Virus record (IMG/VR): IMGVR_UViG_3300045988_135886
Length of the DNA stretch: 64,000 nucleotides
Source of the DNA: a virus
Direction: 5' to 3' (one strand)
In this document: positions 36,645 to 46,230 of the stretch, piece after piece
How the letters are laid out: each line of letters begins with the position of its first letter
Position numbering within the stretch: the first letter of the stretch is position 1
Notes under the pieces: model-generated
What the model was told of the DNA's origin: nothing
Seen by the model: only the letters and a program-made list of their open reading frames with translations
Database searches by the model: none
Translations under genes and position numbers: made by a program

Positions 36645-37745
36645 TTACACTGTATAATGCAATTCTCTACTTTTTGTTCTTACAAAAGTCATATATGCTG
36701 GTTTCATTTCTTTGATGATCTTTTCATCTTCTTCATCATTGTAGTAATTATCATTTTCTAATTTAATATCATTTCCAGATACATAAATGATGCCTTTCTT
36801 ATGATCAAACTCACAATCAAGAACCTTACAAGAAGCATCTACATAAGTTCCTTTAAAGCAGAATTCCGGTTCAATCCTTGCACTCTTATCAAAGAAATCA
36901 ATGGTCAATTTTGTGGTTGCCTCAGAACCATCTTCAAGATGTAGAGTGACTTCATATATAATACTGTTTAAATTAATAATATTTAGATCTTTGATTGCTA
37001 TCTCAAAAGGCTCCCCAAAATTCAACTCGAATGCGATTGCTCTTAAACAATCATAGTTTAAATCTACTTTGTGAGCAAAAGAAATTACTTTTTCAATTTC
37101 GCTGTAATACTGTTTATCCAACTTGTCTTCTAAGTATTCTGTAATTTCAACATCTGACGGATACTCAAATCTAAAATGATAGTGAAATCTTCCAGGTCTG
37201 TTTACTAAATAACTATTTAACGAGTTGAGGTCATTACAAGTAATCACAAACATTTTCTTCCCTTGAGACAATCCATCAAACAATGTAAGCATTTCTGTTT
37301 GAGGATCTGCCATGCCATCAGCAGCTTTAATACTACCAAATGTTTTATCAAATTCATCGAACAACACCATTACTTCCTGTTCAATTTCTTCAATAAAGCT
37401 TGCAATTCCAGGAATATACGTGTCTACAATGATAACTGGTAAACCAACTTTTGTTGCTTCCACAGCCAATGTCTTTGCAAACAATGATTTGCCGATTCCT
37501 TTATTGCCTGACAGGATAACGCCAAGGTTCTTTTCTGCTTTTGGGAAAGCTTTAAGAACTTTTTCAACCTTACTCATATGTACTCCGTAGGTTTTTTCTT
37601 TGATTTCTATGTCTGCATATTTTTCTAAAAAGAAACCAGAATTCTTTTGAAACCTCACGACATAATTCTGAGCCGGAAGCTTGTCGAAAGTTTCTAATGA
37701 ATCGTCGTAAGTTCTAAATGTGTTTCCTACCTTAATAATTCTCAT
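36645..37745 (-). CDS. Classical AAA+ ATPase with a C-terminal domain of unknown function
   Basis: 366 aa. Walker A GNKGIGKS, Walker B VLFDEFD, NRPGRFHYHF second region of homology. Confidence 0.8.
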   Translation of the reverse strand: MRIIKVGNTFRTYDDSLETFDKLPAQNYVVRFQKNSGFFLEKYADIEIKEKTYGVHMSKVEKVLKAFPKAEKNLGVILSGNKGIGKSLFAKTLAVEATKVGLPVIIVDTYIPGIASFIEEIEQEVMVLFDEFDKTFGSIKAADGMADPQTEMLTLFDGLSQGKKMFVITCNDLNSLNSYLVNRPGRFHYHFRFEYPSDVEITEYLEDKLDKQYYSEIEKVISFAHKVDLNYDCLRAIAFELNFGEPFEIAIKDLNIINLNSIIYEVTLHLEDGSEATTKLTIDFFDKSARIEPEFCFKGTYVDASCKVLDCEFDHKKGIIYVSGNDIKLENDNYYNDEEDEKIIKEMKPAYMTFVRTKSRELHYTV

Positions 37746-37785
37746 TTTTCATTCTCCTGTTTTATATCATTGTTTATATCGAAAA

Positions 37786-38691
37786 TCAATGCCCTTTAAC
37801 ATCTGCTTCATGTAATAGCATCACATCTGAAAACATCTGTTTTCCAATTAAATACTTATCTTTATTCTTTGCCTTGTTTGATTGTGACCATGATAAATAG
37901 GGATGCATATGATAATAAATCAAATTTGCTGTATAAAAAGCATCATATATATCTTTTCCTGTAAGTGCACCGGAAAAATCAAAACATGTTAAACATTCAT
38001 AAGCTCCAACACAATGATGCTGATAATAGTGACAGTAATCATCCTCTTCACCTTTTCCATTAATTCTTGATTTAGTGAAAAGCTTTCCAATATCATGGAG
38101 ACAGGCCGCCACCCATAAATTTTTTTCTTCTCTAGGTACTCCTTCTGAAACCTTTTTCAAATGTTTATAAAGAGTAAGAGAATGATGTGGATTCTCTTGA
38201 TCGAAGTCACGAGCCATATCTATTAATTCTTTTATATCTTTATGATCATCTTGTACAACTCTAATTTCATTGAACCCTTCATGGTACATTGGTGGAGAAA
38301 ATACTTTCCTCATTCTTGTAATCACTTCGTCTGGAACTGAATTTTCCCTTTTTGAGTTGTCCTTTAAACATTTTTCATACGTTTTCAAAAACATAATACA
38401 TGTTTTATAAACATGTTTAGGAACTCCTTTTAAAAAATGCACTCTTCTTTTCTTTACCAAATTAGTAGCATCATAAATAACCGAATGCATTTTCAAATCT
38501 TCCAGTATTCTACGATGCAGTTCTTCAAATACTTTACTGTTGTCTGCGTCATCATAATTATCTCCATACATTTCTTCTCTGAGTTTATCAGAAGAGTGCA
38601 CTATATAATCAGGATGAGTTTCTGAATACTCTTTAGCCCATGTACTTTTACCGGAAGCAGGTAAACCTACCAGCATAATTAATTCATTCAT
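37786..38691 (-). CDS. Polynucleotide-kinase-like P-loop domain fused to an HD phosphoesterase (Pnk-HD end-healing enzyme candidate)
   Basis: MNELIMLVGLPASGKSTWAKEY Walker A; C-terminal AACLHDIGK HD motif. The ATG at 38691 has a GAGGAG SD and a TAATG overlap with the upstream gene. Confidence 0.65.
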   Translation of the reverse strand: MNELIMLVGLPASGKSTWAKEYSETHPDYIVHSSDKLREEMYGDNYDDADNSKVFEELHRRILEDLKMHSVIYDATNLVKKRRVHFLKGVPKHVYKTCIMFLKTYEKCLKDNSKRENSVPDEVITRMRKVFSPPMYHEGFNEIRVVQDDHKDIKELIDMARDFDQENPHHSLTLYKHLKKVSEGVPREEKNLWVAACLHDIGKLFTKSRINGKGEEDDYCHYYQHHCVGAYECLTCFDFSGALTGKDIYDAFYTANLIYYHMHPYLSWSQSNKAKNKDKYLIGKQMFSDVMLLHEADVKGH

Positions 38692-39326
38692 TATGTAATC
38701 TCCTCTATTTCTTTGCAAATCTTCTCTGCTATTTCTTTAGATATGTACTTCTGATTAAAAAACTCTTGTCCAATATCTGATCTAATTCGATATTTTTGAT
38801 TATCTAAATTAGGCCTCCCTTCCCCGTTTACAATTTGAGGTAATGAAGCTGTCTGAAGATAATCTATATAATATAGATCTTCTTTTATACTTCTTCGTTT
38901 CTCTCTAATTGCTTTTTTTATTTTATAGGCCCAATATCCAGAAGTAACATTCAGTTTATTAAATTCTATATAGTGATCAAGATCCTGAGATATAAGCTCC
39001 AGTTCCTTTAGCTGTTTTTCTAAAGGTTTTCTATTACCTAATATTTCTTTAATAGGCAATATGCTGTCATCTATTTTCTTTTTATAATCACCAATCTCTA
39101 CAAGAGATTTATTCTGCTGTACAAAACCAACTCTCTCATCAACTGATGTTACTTTCCAAGGGGCGTATATGCTTAAATTTTTAGGAATTGTTGATATCCT
39201 GTTTAAAGCTTTCGGTACATTGTCAAACTTCTGAGCAGATTTTAAATCCACCACATGAGGAGGACTTCCATGTTTAAACACCAAATAATTTCCAGGATAT
39301 TTTTCACTTTCTAAAACATATCTCAT
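38691..39326 (-). CDS. Hypothetical protein downstream of the tandem strong promoters
   Basis: 211 aa with no recognisable motif. Confidence 0.5.
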   Translation of the reverse strand: MRYVLESEKYPGNYLVFKHGSPPHVVDLKSAQKFDNVPKALNRISTIPKNLSIYAPWKVTSVDERVGFVQQNKSLVEIGDYKKKIDDSILPIKEILGNRKPLEKQLKELELISQDLDHYIEFNKLNVTSGYWAYKIKKAIREKRRSIKEDLYYIDYLQTASLPQIVNGEGRPNLDNQKYRIRSDIGQEFFNQKYISKEIAEKICKEIEEIT

Positions 39327-39352
39327 TTTCCTCTTCCTTTTGTGATATATGT

Positions 39353-39381
39353 ATTATAACATACTCCGTATTCTGTGTCAA
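39353..39381 (-). promoter_or_regulatory. Consensus sigma-70-type promoter P1
   Basis: Minus strand: TTGACA (39376-39381), 17 nt, TATAAT (39353-39358), about 27 nt upstream of the ATG at 39326. Confidence 0.7.
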
Positions 39382-39385
39382 CAAG

Positions 39386-39404
39386 TTTTTTACAAACTTG
39401 TTTA
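39386..39404 (-). repeat. Copy 2 of the 19-nt motif TAAACAAGTTTGTAAAAAA, directly upstream of the P1 -35
   Basis: Identical 19-mer. Together with the flanking CAAG it forms an ACAAGTTT/AAACTTGT inverted repeat. Confidence 0.7.
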
Positions 39405-39442
39405 TTGCTTGAAACTGTTCTCCTTTCTCTTAACTTGCTCTA

Positions 39443-39471
39443 AGTATACCATAGTCATTCTACCTTGTCAA
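39443..39471 (-). promoter_or_regulatory. Sigma-70-type promoter P2
   Basis: TTGACA (39466-39471), 17 nt, TATACT (39443-39448). The -35 overlaps the last ligA codons. Confidence 0.6.
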
Positions 39472-41505
39472 CACTTTTTTTACAAACTTGTTTAAAAATT
39501 CTTTTTCTGAAATTATCGGGATACCAAGCTGCATAGCTTTCACATTCTTGCTACTCTTTGACAATGTATCATTATTAATAAGGTAGTTAGTTTTTTTAGT
39601 TACTGATCCTGTGACTTTACCTCCAAGAGACTCTATTTTCTCTACTAGAGCTGCTCTATTGGCAAACTCGGTGAGTGTCCCAGTAATACAGAATATTGCC
39701 CCATTCAAAACATCTTTTACCGTCTCCTGAGAAATTTCTTCAAACTGGAATTCCGCAGCAAGCTCAGTTATGTATCTTTGATTTTCTTCAAAATAATTTT
39801 TCAAAGAAGAAGCTTTCGCAAAACCAAAGTCTTCCAAACATGTAAAATCATACTGAGAATCCATATCTTTAATAAAGCTATCAAAAGCTGTTTTTAACCC
39901 TTTTTCTCTTGCTCTCTTCTCTTCAACAATGTTTAGCTGCTTACTAACACTTCGACCGATTAAAGGTATGGACAGCCCATAAAGGAATTTAGGCAGAGTT
40001 GTCTTGCGGCATTTTTCTATTGATTCCAGGATTTTATCAACCTTTTTTGCTCCTAGCCCTTGTAATGTCACTAACATTCCCCGGCAGTCTTTTAGATAAA
40101 ATAAGTCTAAAGGCCCTTTAATAAATTCTTTCTCTATTAATAGACTCAGAGTAGATTTAGAAAGCCCTGTAATATCATGTGCTTCTTTGCTTACAAAAGT
40201 ACATAATTCACCAAGAAGTTTCCCTTTACATTCAAGGTTCATGCACTGAAGCTCTTCTGTCTCATTTTCACCTGTAATTTTTACATGACCACCACAAATA
40301 GGGCACTTGTCAGGCACAGTAAACAATTTATCACTGTTTCTGGTCAGATTCTCTGCAATCTGCGGAATGATCATATTTGCTTTATATACAGTGATCGTAT
40401 CTCCTACTGACAGTTCATAACTTTTGAAAATACTCACATTATGTAAGCTAGCTCTTTCAACAATAGTATCATCTATTTCAACCGGATCAAAAACTGCCAC
40501 AGGTGTCAACTGTCCAGTCTTTCCCATGCTCCATTCCACATCTCTAATTACTGTTTCAAACTTATCATCTGCAAATTTATATGCCAATTGTGATCGAACA
40601 TGATGTGATGTGTTTCCTAAGCTTTCACTATAATCAATATCATCATATGAAAATACGATTCCATCAATAGGAACATCTTTTTCTCTTGCGGTTTTTCTAA
40701 GTTCTTTAATATTCTCTTCAATATTATCAACTTTTACCCAAGGGACCACTTCAAATCCTAACAGATCTAATATCTGTAATCTTTTCATGAAACTATTTCC
40801 ATCTATTCCACGAACGGCCTTCCAAGCAATGAACTTGATTTTTCTTTCTTTTGTAACGGAGTTATCAAGCTGTCTAACAGAGCCAGCAGTTAAATTTCTG
40901 ATATTCTTAATACCATTATCTTTAATATATTTTTCTAATTCTTCACCAAAAAGTCCCTTTCTTTCTCCATCTTTTTTCAGATCAATATCTTTTAGCTCTT
41001 TAAGATAAGTATAATGATGGATTTCCATGACAGCTTCTCCATCAACTACTACTTCATCTTTATAAGGAATTTCCTTTGGAAGATTTACAAAACTGTTTGC
41101 TGTATGTAAAACATTCTCTCCGATGATTCCATTCCCTCTAGTTTCTGCAGCAACCAATTTACCATCTATATATTTTACTGAAATAGTAAGCCCATCCATT
41201 TTTAGCATGGCTAATCCTGGCAAACCATTCATAAAACTTTCAACTTCATTTATATCCTTTGTTTTGTCTAAGGACAACATTGGATGATCATGTTCGACTT
41301 TTTCTAACTCACTAACTGTTTCTGAGCCAACATTGATAGTGGGACTGTTGGCTAAAATAATACCTGTAACTTTCTCAAGTTCTTTAAGTCGATCATATTT
41401 TTTATCATATTCATAATCAGAAATTAGAGAAGTATCTTCCATATAATACGCATGAGCATATATATTTAATTCTTCCACTAATTCACGCATTTCTTTTAAA
41501 AGCAC
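39460..41505 (-). CDS. ligA: NAD+-dependent DNA ligase
   Basis: 681 aa. Ia domain (SDYEYDKKYDRLKELE), adenylation motif LKMDGLTISVKY, C4 zinc finger CPICGG...C..C, C-terminal BRCT. Confidence 0.9.
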   Translation of the reverse strand: MLLKEMRELVEELNIYAHAYYMEDTSLISDYEYDKKYDRLKELEKVTGIILANSPTINVGSETVSELEKVEHDHPMLSLDKTKDINEVESFMNGLPGLAMLKMDGLTISVKYIDGKLVAAETRGNGIIGENVLHTANSFVNLPKEIPYKDEVVVDGEAVMEIHHYTYLKELKDIDLKKDGERKGLFGEELEKYIKDNGIKNIRNLTAGSVRQLDNSVTKERKIKFIAWKAVRGIDGNSFMKRLQILDLLGFEVVPWVKVDNIEENIKELRKTAREKDVPIDGIVFSYDDIDYSESLGNTSHHVRSQLAYKFADDKFETVIRDVEWSMGKTGQLTPVAVFDPVEIDDTIVERASLHNVSIFKSYELSVGDTITVYKANMIIPQIAENLTRNSDKLFTVPDKCPICGGHVKITGENETEELQCMNLECKGKLLGELCTFVSKEAHDITGLSKSTLSLLIEKEFIKGPLDLFYLKDCRGMLVTLQGLGAKKVDKILESIEKCRKTTLPKFLYGLSIPLIGRSVSKQLNIVEEKRAREKGLKTAFDSFIKDMDSQYDFTCLEDFGFAKASSLKNYFEENQRYITELAAEFQFEEISQETVKDVLNGAIFCITGTLTEFANRAALVEKIESLGGKVTGSVTKKTNYLINNDTLSKSSKNVKAMQLGIPIISEKEFLNKFVKKVLTR
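39476..39494 (-). repeat. Copy 3 of the 19-nt motif, directly upstream of the P2 -35 (inside the ligA 3' end)
   Basis: Identical 19-mer. It also encodes ...LNKFVKK of LigA. Confidence 0.7.
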
Positions 41506-41762
41506 TCTTCTTCCTCCATTTTATACAATATAACATAATCTTTACCATGAACAAATTTTTCCCCTTCTCCAACTGGAACCTCTTCATAAAGCTTCGGCTC
41601 CAGTCTTATGTAGGAATCTCCGGTTTCTACTCTTACAACATCTCCCTCTTCATATATATTTTCAATTACAAAGTTCATCCACCCCATTTCCATGCCATTT
41701 ATGTGACAAATTAATCCAATTCTCTCCTCAGTTCCAAAACATTCATAAAGTCTCTCTAACAC
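41496..41762 (-). CDS. Hypothetical protein (GTG start)
   Basis: 88 aa. GGAGGG SD 6 nt upstream of the GTG. Confidence 0.5.
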   Translation of the reverse strand: MLERLYECFGTEERIGLICHINGMEMGWMNFVIENIYEEGDVVRVETGDSYIRLEPKLYEEVPVGEGEKFVHGKDYVILYKMEEEECF

Positions 41763-41808
41763 TGCAATCCCTCCAATGTTCGAACGCTTGTTCGCTTATT
41801 ATGTTTAA

Positions 41809-41837
41809 ATATTACCACACACAGCAAATTAAGTCAA
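41809..41837 (-). promoter_or_regulatory. Sigma-70-type promoter with extended -10
   Basis: TTGACT (41832-41837), 17 nt, TGgTAATAT (-10 at 41809-41814). Flanked by the CCACACA/TGTGTGG inverted repeat and a CGAAC-aagc-GTTCG palindrome in the leader. Confidence 0.55.
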
Positions 41838-41857
41838 TCTATGTGTGGTATTATCTA

Positions 41858-42769
41858 TTATAAATAACTATAAAATTTATTTTTAAGAGTTCCTTTGCCA
41901 TAAGAACTTATATTATAATTTGAACTAACCATTTCAACATACTGGCTTTCAAAGATATCTTCCTTAGAAACATTATATTTCTTCATTATTTCTCTAAACT
42001 GCTCTACAATTCCGGCTGTATAGAGTCGAGGAATAGTCAGATACGGAATATTAAGCTCTTTTCTAAGCGCAATTAACCTATTTGTCAGTCTTAGATTTAA
42101 AGCTTCTAATGAATCACTACGTGTATTATTCCTGGAGTTAACAATATTCCCCTTCATACTTAATAAAGAAGCAGTTCCAGTAAAAGATATATACTCCTCC
42201 TCTTGTGAACTAACTTTAGCCAAGTCTACCAGCGTCTCTGACAAAGTTTTTTCCTCTCCGTTTTCGAAAGTAAGGATATTACCATTCAACTTACTTATTT
42301 TAGCTCTTAAAAGCTCACCGGGGGCTTCTGTTCTTACTCCTTCAAACAAAGCCAGAATTAAAAATTTATCAGAATAGTTTCTAATTTTAGAAATATCCTT
42401 TAAAACCTGTTCTCTGCTGGGACACACCGCTCTCTCCTTATTAAGATATTTCTGTAGACTTTCAATTTCCATATTTATTTCATCATAGTGATTTATGTTG
42501 TCTATAGATATGTTGCAGGAACAACACCAGTCAGCATATTTCCGTAAAACACTTATATTTTTCCTTAAGGCATTTATTGATGAGGCTGCAAATGTAGACA
42601 ACAATTTATCTATTTCAGAAAAAGTAAAATCACATAAGTCCTTGTTAAGTAAGTCCTCATAGTCTTCCGTTTTGTTAAAAAGAGCTTTCGCACTTTGTGG
42701 AGTTTGTCCGAGATCTTCTACTACATGTCGCAGATATTCTTTCTTCCGTTCTTCATTATACATAATCAC
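41858..42769 (-). CDS. Tyrosine-recombinase-like protein, apparently degenerate
   Basis: 303 aa. SAM-like N-terminal domain and a box-I-like GVRTEAPGELLRAKISKL. The position of the HxxR box reads TIPRLYTAG, and no clear catalytic Tyr context is present. Confidence 0.4.
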   Translation of the reverse strand: MIMYNEERKKEYLRHVVEDLGQTPQSAKALFNKTEDYEDLLNKDLCDFTFSEIDKLLSTFAASSINALRKNISVLRKYADWCCSCNISIDNINHYDEINMEIESLQKYLNKERAVCPSREQVLKDISKIRNYSDKFLILALFEGVRTEAPGELLRAKISKLNGNILTFENGEEKTLSETLVDLAKVSSQEEEYISFTGTASLLSMKGNIVNSRNNTRSDSLEALNLRLTNRLIALRKELNIPYLTIPRLYTAGIVEQFREIMKKYNVSKEDIFESQYVEMVSSNYNISSYGKGTLKNKFYSYL

Positions 42770-43974
42770 ACCTCCTCAAATAAAGCTTTTATTTTATTTA
42801 CTTTCATGTTTGTAACACTATTAATAATCGGCACATCTTTTCCTAATGCACTTTCTATTTTTTCTGCACATTCATATGCATCCTTTGAGATAGATGAACC
42901 ATATAACACTACTGGCATAGTGGTGTCATCAAATACAACATCTGGATTATTCTCTTGAACTATCTTCAAAATATTTATGATAAATACCGCAGTTTTGATA
43001 CACTGACTCCGGTTCATATTTTTAGTTTTAAGAATAAACTCCAATAATGAAAACAAAGTAGCTCTGTCTATTTCTCCTCTATGTGCTCTTTCAATTTTAC
43101 CTCTTACTGGACTATCCAATGTGTTGTTTAGTTTGTCAATAATTATATTAGTAGGAGACGACTTATCCATAGAAGCTAAGTAACTTTTAGAAATCTTATT
43201 TCTCTTATCTTCCTGCTCAATATACTGACATGCTTTGTCTTCTGTAAAATTCATGATATTCAGAATAAAATTAAACTGAAAATCAGGATTCTTAATTTTC
43301 GTGTTTATTGCAGCTCTAAACCGGTGAAAACCATCAATGATATCAAATTTACCAGAATTAAGTATCAATTCTGATCCAACAATATCAAAATCTACCTCTG
43401 GATCATCAACATTGAGATTAAGAGTTAAAGCATTAGGTACAAATTCTCCCTTGCTCATTAAACCTTCAATAGCTTTTACTGATGAAGAAACTATATCAAT
43501 TGTATATGATACATCTTGTCCTCTACGTCTCTGTTTAAGTTGACGCTGAGTCCTTGGATTGTATATTATAAGCTGGTTATCATAAAACTCTTTTAGTAAA
43601 TCAATACTTATTTTTGTCACCCATTGATCTTCAGCTATCTCTATCACTGGACTTATTCTTATTGGATAAATATTTGTTTTTAAATAATCTGCCTTTAGGC
43701 TCGAAAATCTTACTATTTCCTTATCAGAAAAATATGTTTTCATTTCCATATTTGTCCTAAAAACATTATTAAACGCATCAATAAGCCAATACATTTCATT
43801 GTCTGGAATTTCATCTTTGCTTTTTGCTCCAATGATATACTGCATATATTCAATATCTGAATATTCATATTTTTTCATAAGAAATTTTTGTACTTCTCTC
43901 TTGTAATATGAATTTTTCTGGATTTGAGAAAAATACTTATCCAGTATCTCATACAGGTTTTCACTTCTTAACAT
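42766..43974 (-). CDS. ParB/Srx-superfamily protein with DGxHR motif (DndB/DGQHR-like)
   Basis: 402 aa. FDIIDGFHRFRAAI motif. Confidence 0.55.
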   Translation of the reverse strand: MLRSENLYEILDKYFSQIQKNSYYKREVQKFLMKKYEYSDIEYMQYIIGAKSKDEIPDNEMYWLIDAFNNVFRTNMEMKTYFSDKEIVRFSSLKADYLKTNIYPIRISPVIEIAEDQWVTKISIDLLKEFYDNQLIIYNPRTQRQLKQRRRGQDVSYTIDIVSSSVKAIEGLMSKGEFVPNALTLNLNVDDPEVDFDIVGSELILNSGKFDIIDGFHRFRAAINTKIKNPDFQFNFILNIMNFTEDKACQYIEQEDKRNKISKSYLASMDKSSPTNIIIDKLNNTLDSPVRGKIERAHRGEIDRATLFSLLEFILKTKNMNRSQCIKTAVFIINILKIVQENNPDVVFDDTTMPVVLYGSSISKDAYECAEKIESALGKDVPIINSVTNMKVNKIKALFEEV

Positions 43975-43994
43975 TTTGCAACCTCCTTTCTTGT

Positions 43995-44023
43995 ATTATA
44001 TCATTGTTTAGAACTTATTTCAA
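43995..44023 (-). promoter_or_regulatory. Sigma-70-type promoter with extended -10, ahead of the ParB-like gene
   Basis: TTGAAA (44018-44023), 17 nt, TGaTATAAT (-10 at 43995-44000). Overlaps the integrase stop. Confidence 0.55.
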
Positions 44024-45022
44024 TAAACTATTTACATATTTAGCAGCTTCAGCATTAATAGGCTTTCGAACGATGTATCTTTGTGTCGTGTCAGGTCGAG
44101 AATGATTCATTAATTGCTGTACATATGCAATGTCTCCTGTCTGATCATATAATAATGTAGCAAAAGTACTTCTAAATTTATGAGGAGTAATATGTTTTTC
44201 AAAATCTGCGGTATATGCCTTAACTAAATCTCTCACTGATTTGTCAGTGATTCTTGTTCGTCTGTTAGAAATAAAAAGAGCATTACAATCTCTTTTATTC
44301 AAAAGTTCTGCACGTTTTATTACCCAATTTCTTAAAATATCCATACTATCATCATCAAGTTCACATTCATAAGTGTTTCTGCGCTTATCAGTAACCCTAA
44401 TAATCTTCTGATCCCAGAATATGTCTTCCATATTAAGTTCTGTAAGCGCAGTAACACGAATACCAGTTACCATAAGAAGAGTAAATATAGCAAGGTTTCT
44501 TTCCTTCCATGCTTCTCTTCTTGCGTTGGCCCTTTTTGTACCAATAGAATTATCATTTATTCTTTCAACAACTTTTTTCAACTCTGCAGCTGTCATTGCA
44601 ACCTGTTTAAGCGGATCTTTTACAGAAACTCTTTTTATGCCACAATCAAAAGGGTTCTCTGAAATCATTTTCCTACTTAACAAATAATCAGCAAATGATT
44701 TTAATGCCGTATAAGTAGTTGCTTTAGCACTATCTGAACTGTATCCTCCATCTCTTCCTCTTAAACAAGAGAGATAAGAGTTTACATTGTCAATAGTCAT
44801 CGCTCCATTACAATCTTCTATTGACTCTATAAACCCGTTTTCTTTCAAATAGTTCATAAACCTAACAGCCGTCATAGTATAATTTTGCGCAGTAAGATAT
44901 TCGCATGAATTGAATAGACCATTATAATAACCAGTGAAATATTGTGGCTTATCCCTAAGCAATGCTCTCATCTTGCTTTCTGATTTATATTTATGTTCTT
45001 CTCTTCCTTTCATGCAATTCAC
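44015..45022 (-). CDS. Tyrosine recombinase/integrase (XerC/D-phage integrase family)
   Basis: 335 aa. TGIRVTALTEL (Arg I), HKFRSTFATLLY (HxxR), LMNHSRPDTTQRYI (His...Tyr). Confidence 0.85.
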   Translation of the reverse strand: MNCMKGREEHKYKSESKMRALLRDKPQYFTGYYNGLFNSCEYLTAQNYTMTAVRFMNYLKENGFIESIEDCNGAMTIDNVNSYLSCLRGRDGGYSSDSAKATTYTALKSFADYLLSRKMISENPFDCGIKRVSVKDPLKQVAMTAAELKKVVERINDNSIGTKRANARREAWKERNLAIFTLLMVTGIRVTALTELNMEDIFWDQKIIRVTDKRRNTYECELDDDSMDILRNWVIKRAELLNKRDCNALFISNRRTRITDKSVRDLVKAYTADFEKHITPHKFRSTFATLLYDQTGDIAYVQQLMNHSRPDTTQRYIVRKPINAEAAKYVNSLLK

Positions 45023-45023
45023 C

Positions 45024-45740
45024 TCACCATCTAAATTTGTGGTCTAATCCACTTCCACTAATTCCATGTTTATTTCTTTGTTCAAGGATTTCTTTTCTTA
45101 CTTTTTCATGCTTTGAATGAAAATAAGCTGCTGCTACCGCCCACATTGTTATCAGTAGACTCAAACCAGAAAGTCCAGCCATTAACAGTACAAATGATAT
45201 TATTCCTAATATAACTATAGTCTTTGCATCAGACTCGTCCCAAACATCTACATGCTTTGCTGCCTTGGAATCAGGATCACTTGTTTCTCCCCATGTCCAT
45301 GGATTCGGCAAAGGTATTGGCTCATAGTCATCTCTCACTACAGCAATAGGGAATGGATAAGCTTCTTCCATTTCAAAATCTAATGAGTCTACTTCTACTC
45401 GGACAGTACAATTGGGATGATAGTTCCAAACCTTATTCCCAGTTCTTACTACTTGAAAAGTTCCTTGCTGACCGGGCCTCAGTGCTTTTTCTGTCAGCTC
45501 AACTTCTTCATGTATAGGATATAGATTGAACCCGTATTTTTCATCCCAATTGTTTTTATTGTCTTCAGTAACTTTGAGCAATAATAAACCTGTATTTTGT
45601 TTTGCGTCTGTCATTTGTACCGGAGGCCATTTAGCATATTCATGCGCACTTTCATAAATTTCTTCCAATGTTTTGCCAGGTACTCTATATGTCCAACCTG
45701 GCTTCATATCTCTTACTTTAACTTTCTTTCCCAAATTCAC
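45024..45740 (-). CDS. Hypothetical protein with C-terminal TM helices
   Basis: 238 aa. IVILGIISFVLLMAGLSGLSLLITMWAVAAAYF. Confidence 0.5.
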   Translation of the reverse strand: MNLGKKVKVRDMKPGWTYRVPGKTLEEIYESAHEYAKWPPVQMTDAKQNTGLLLLKVTEDNKNNWDEKYGFNLYPIHEEVELTEKALRPGQQGTFQVVRTGNKVWNYHPNCTVRVEVDSLDFEMEEAYPFPIAVVRDDYEPIPLPNPWTWGETSDPDSKAAKHVDVWDESDAKTIVILGIISFVLLMAGLSGLSLLITMWAVAAAYFHSKHEKVRKEILEQRNKHGISGSGLDHKFRW

Positions 45741-45788
45741 CTTACCTTTCCTTAGTACAAAAAGATGGTTATTTACAGTTTATAGTAT

Positions 45789-45992
45789 TTATGTAGTTTT
45801 TTCAATAGGTCTCCATCCTACAACACACTTATCTGTCCAATTTCTCCATTCATAATTTCCATATTTTCCTTTAACCATTATATCTTTTCTTATAGCTCCA
45901 TCTTTTAAAAGAATTTCTACTTCCTTATACAGTTCAGGAAAGTCTCCCCATTCTGTGTGCCAACTCGTATTTTTACCTTCTCTACCTTTCAA
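45789..45992 (-). CDS. Hypothetical protein
   Basis: 67 aa, Trp-rich. Confidence 0.45.
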   Translation of the reverse strand: MKGREGKNTSWHTEWGDFPELYKEVEILLKDGAIRKDIMVKGKYGNYEWRNWTDKCVVGWRPIEKTT

Positions 45993-46005
45993 TTCTATTT
46001 AGCAT

Positions 46006-46221
46006 TTATTTCTTATAGGGCTCACTGTTATATTTCCATGCTGTTATTTCTACTCTAACTTCATCGTCGGTTAACGACCAATACCAATCTCCATCATTTC
46101 TATACGCAAATGCATCACAATAAGGCTCATGATCGTTATATCCAATATATGTTACTTGTACATCTTCCATATCATCTGGTAATAAACCAGTACTAATGGG
46201 AGTCCAACTATTATTTTTCAT
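46006..46221 (-). CDS. DUF551-like phage protein
   Basis: 71 aa. WTPISTGLLPDDMEDVQV...DGDWYW pattern. Confidence 0.45.
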   Translation of the reverse strand: MKNNSWTPISTGLLPDDMEDVQVTYIGYNDHEPYCDAFAYRNDGDWYWSLTDDEVRVEITAWKYNSEPYKK

Positions 46222-46230
46222 ATTATTCTC

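Noticed and set aside
41858-45022. Prophage end or attachment site next to the integrase
   Set aside because: The integrase sits inside an uninterrupted same-strand phage operon with overlapping start and stop codons on both sides. I could not find flanking direct repeats or a host-like gene block in the window.
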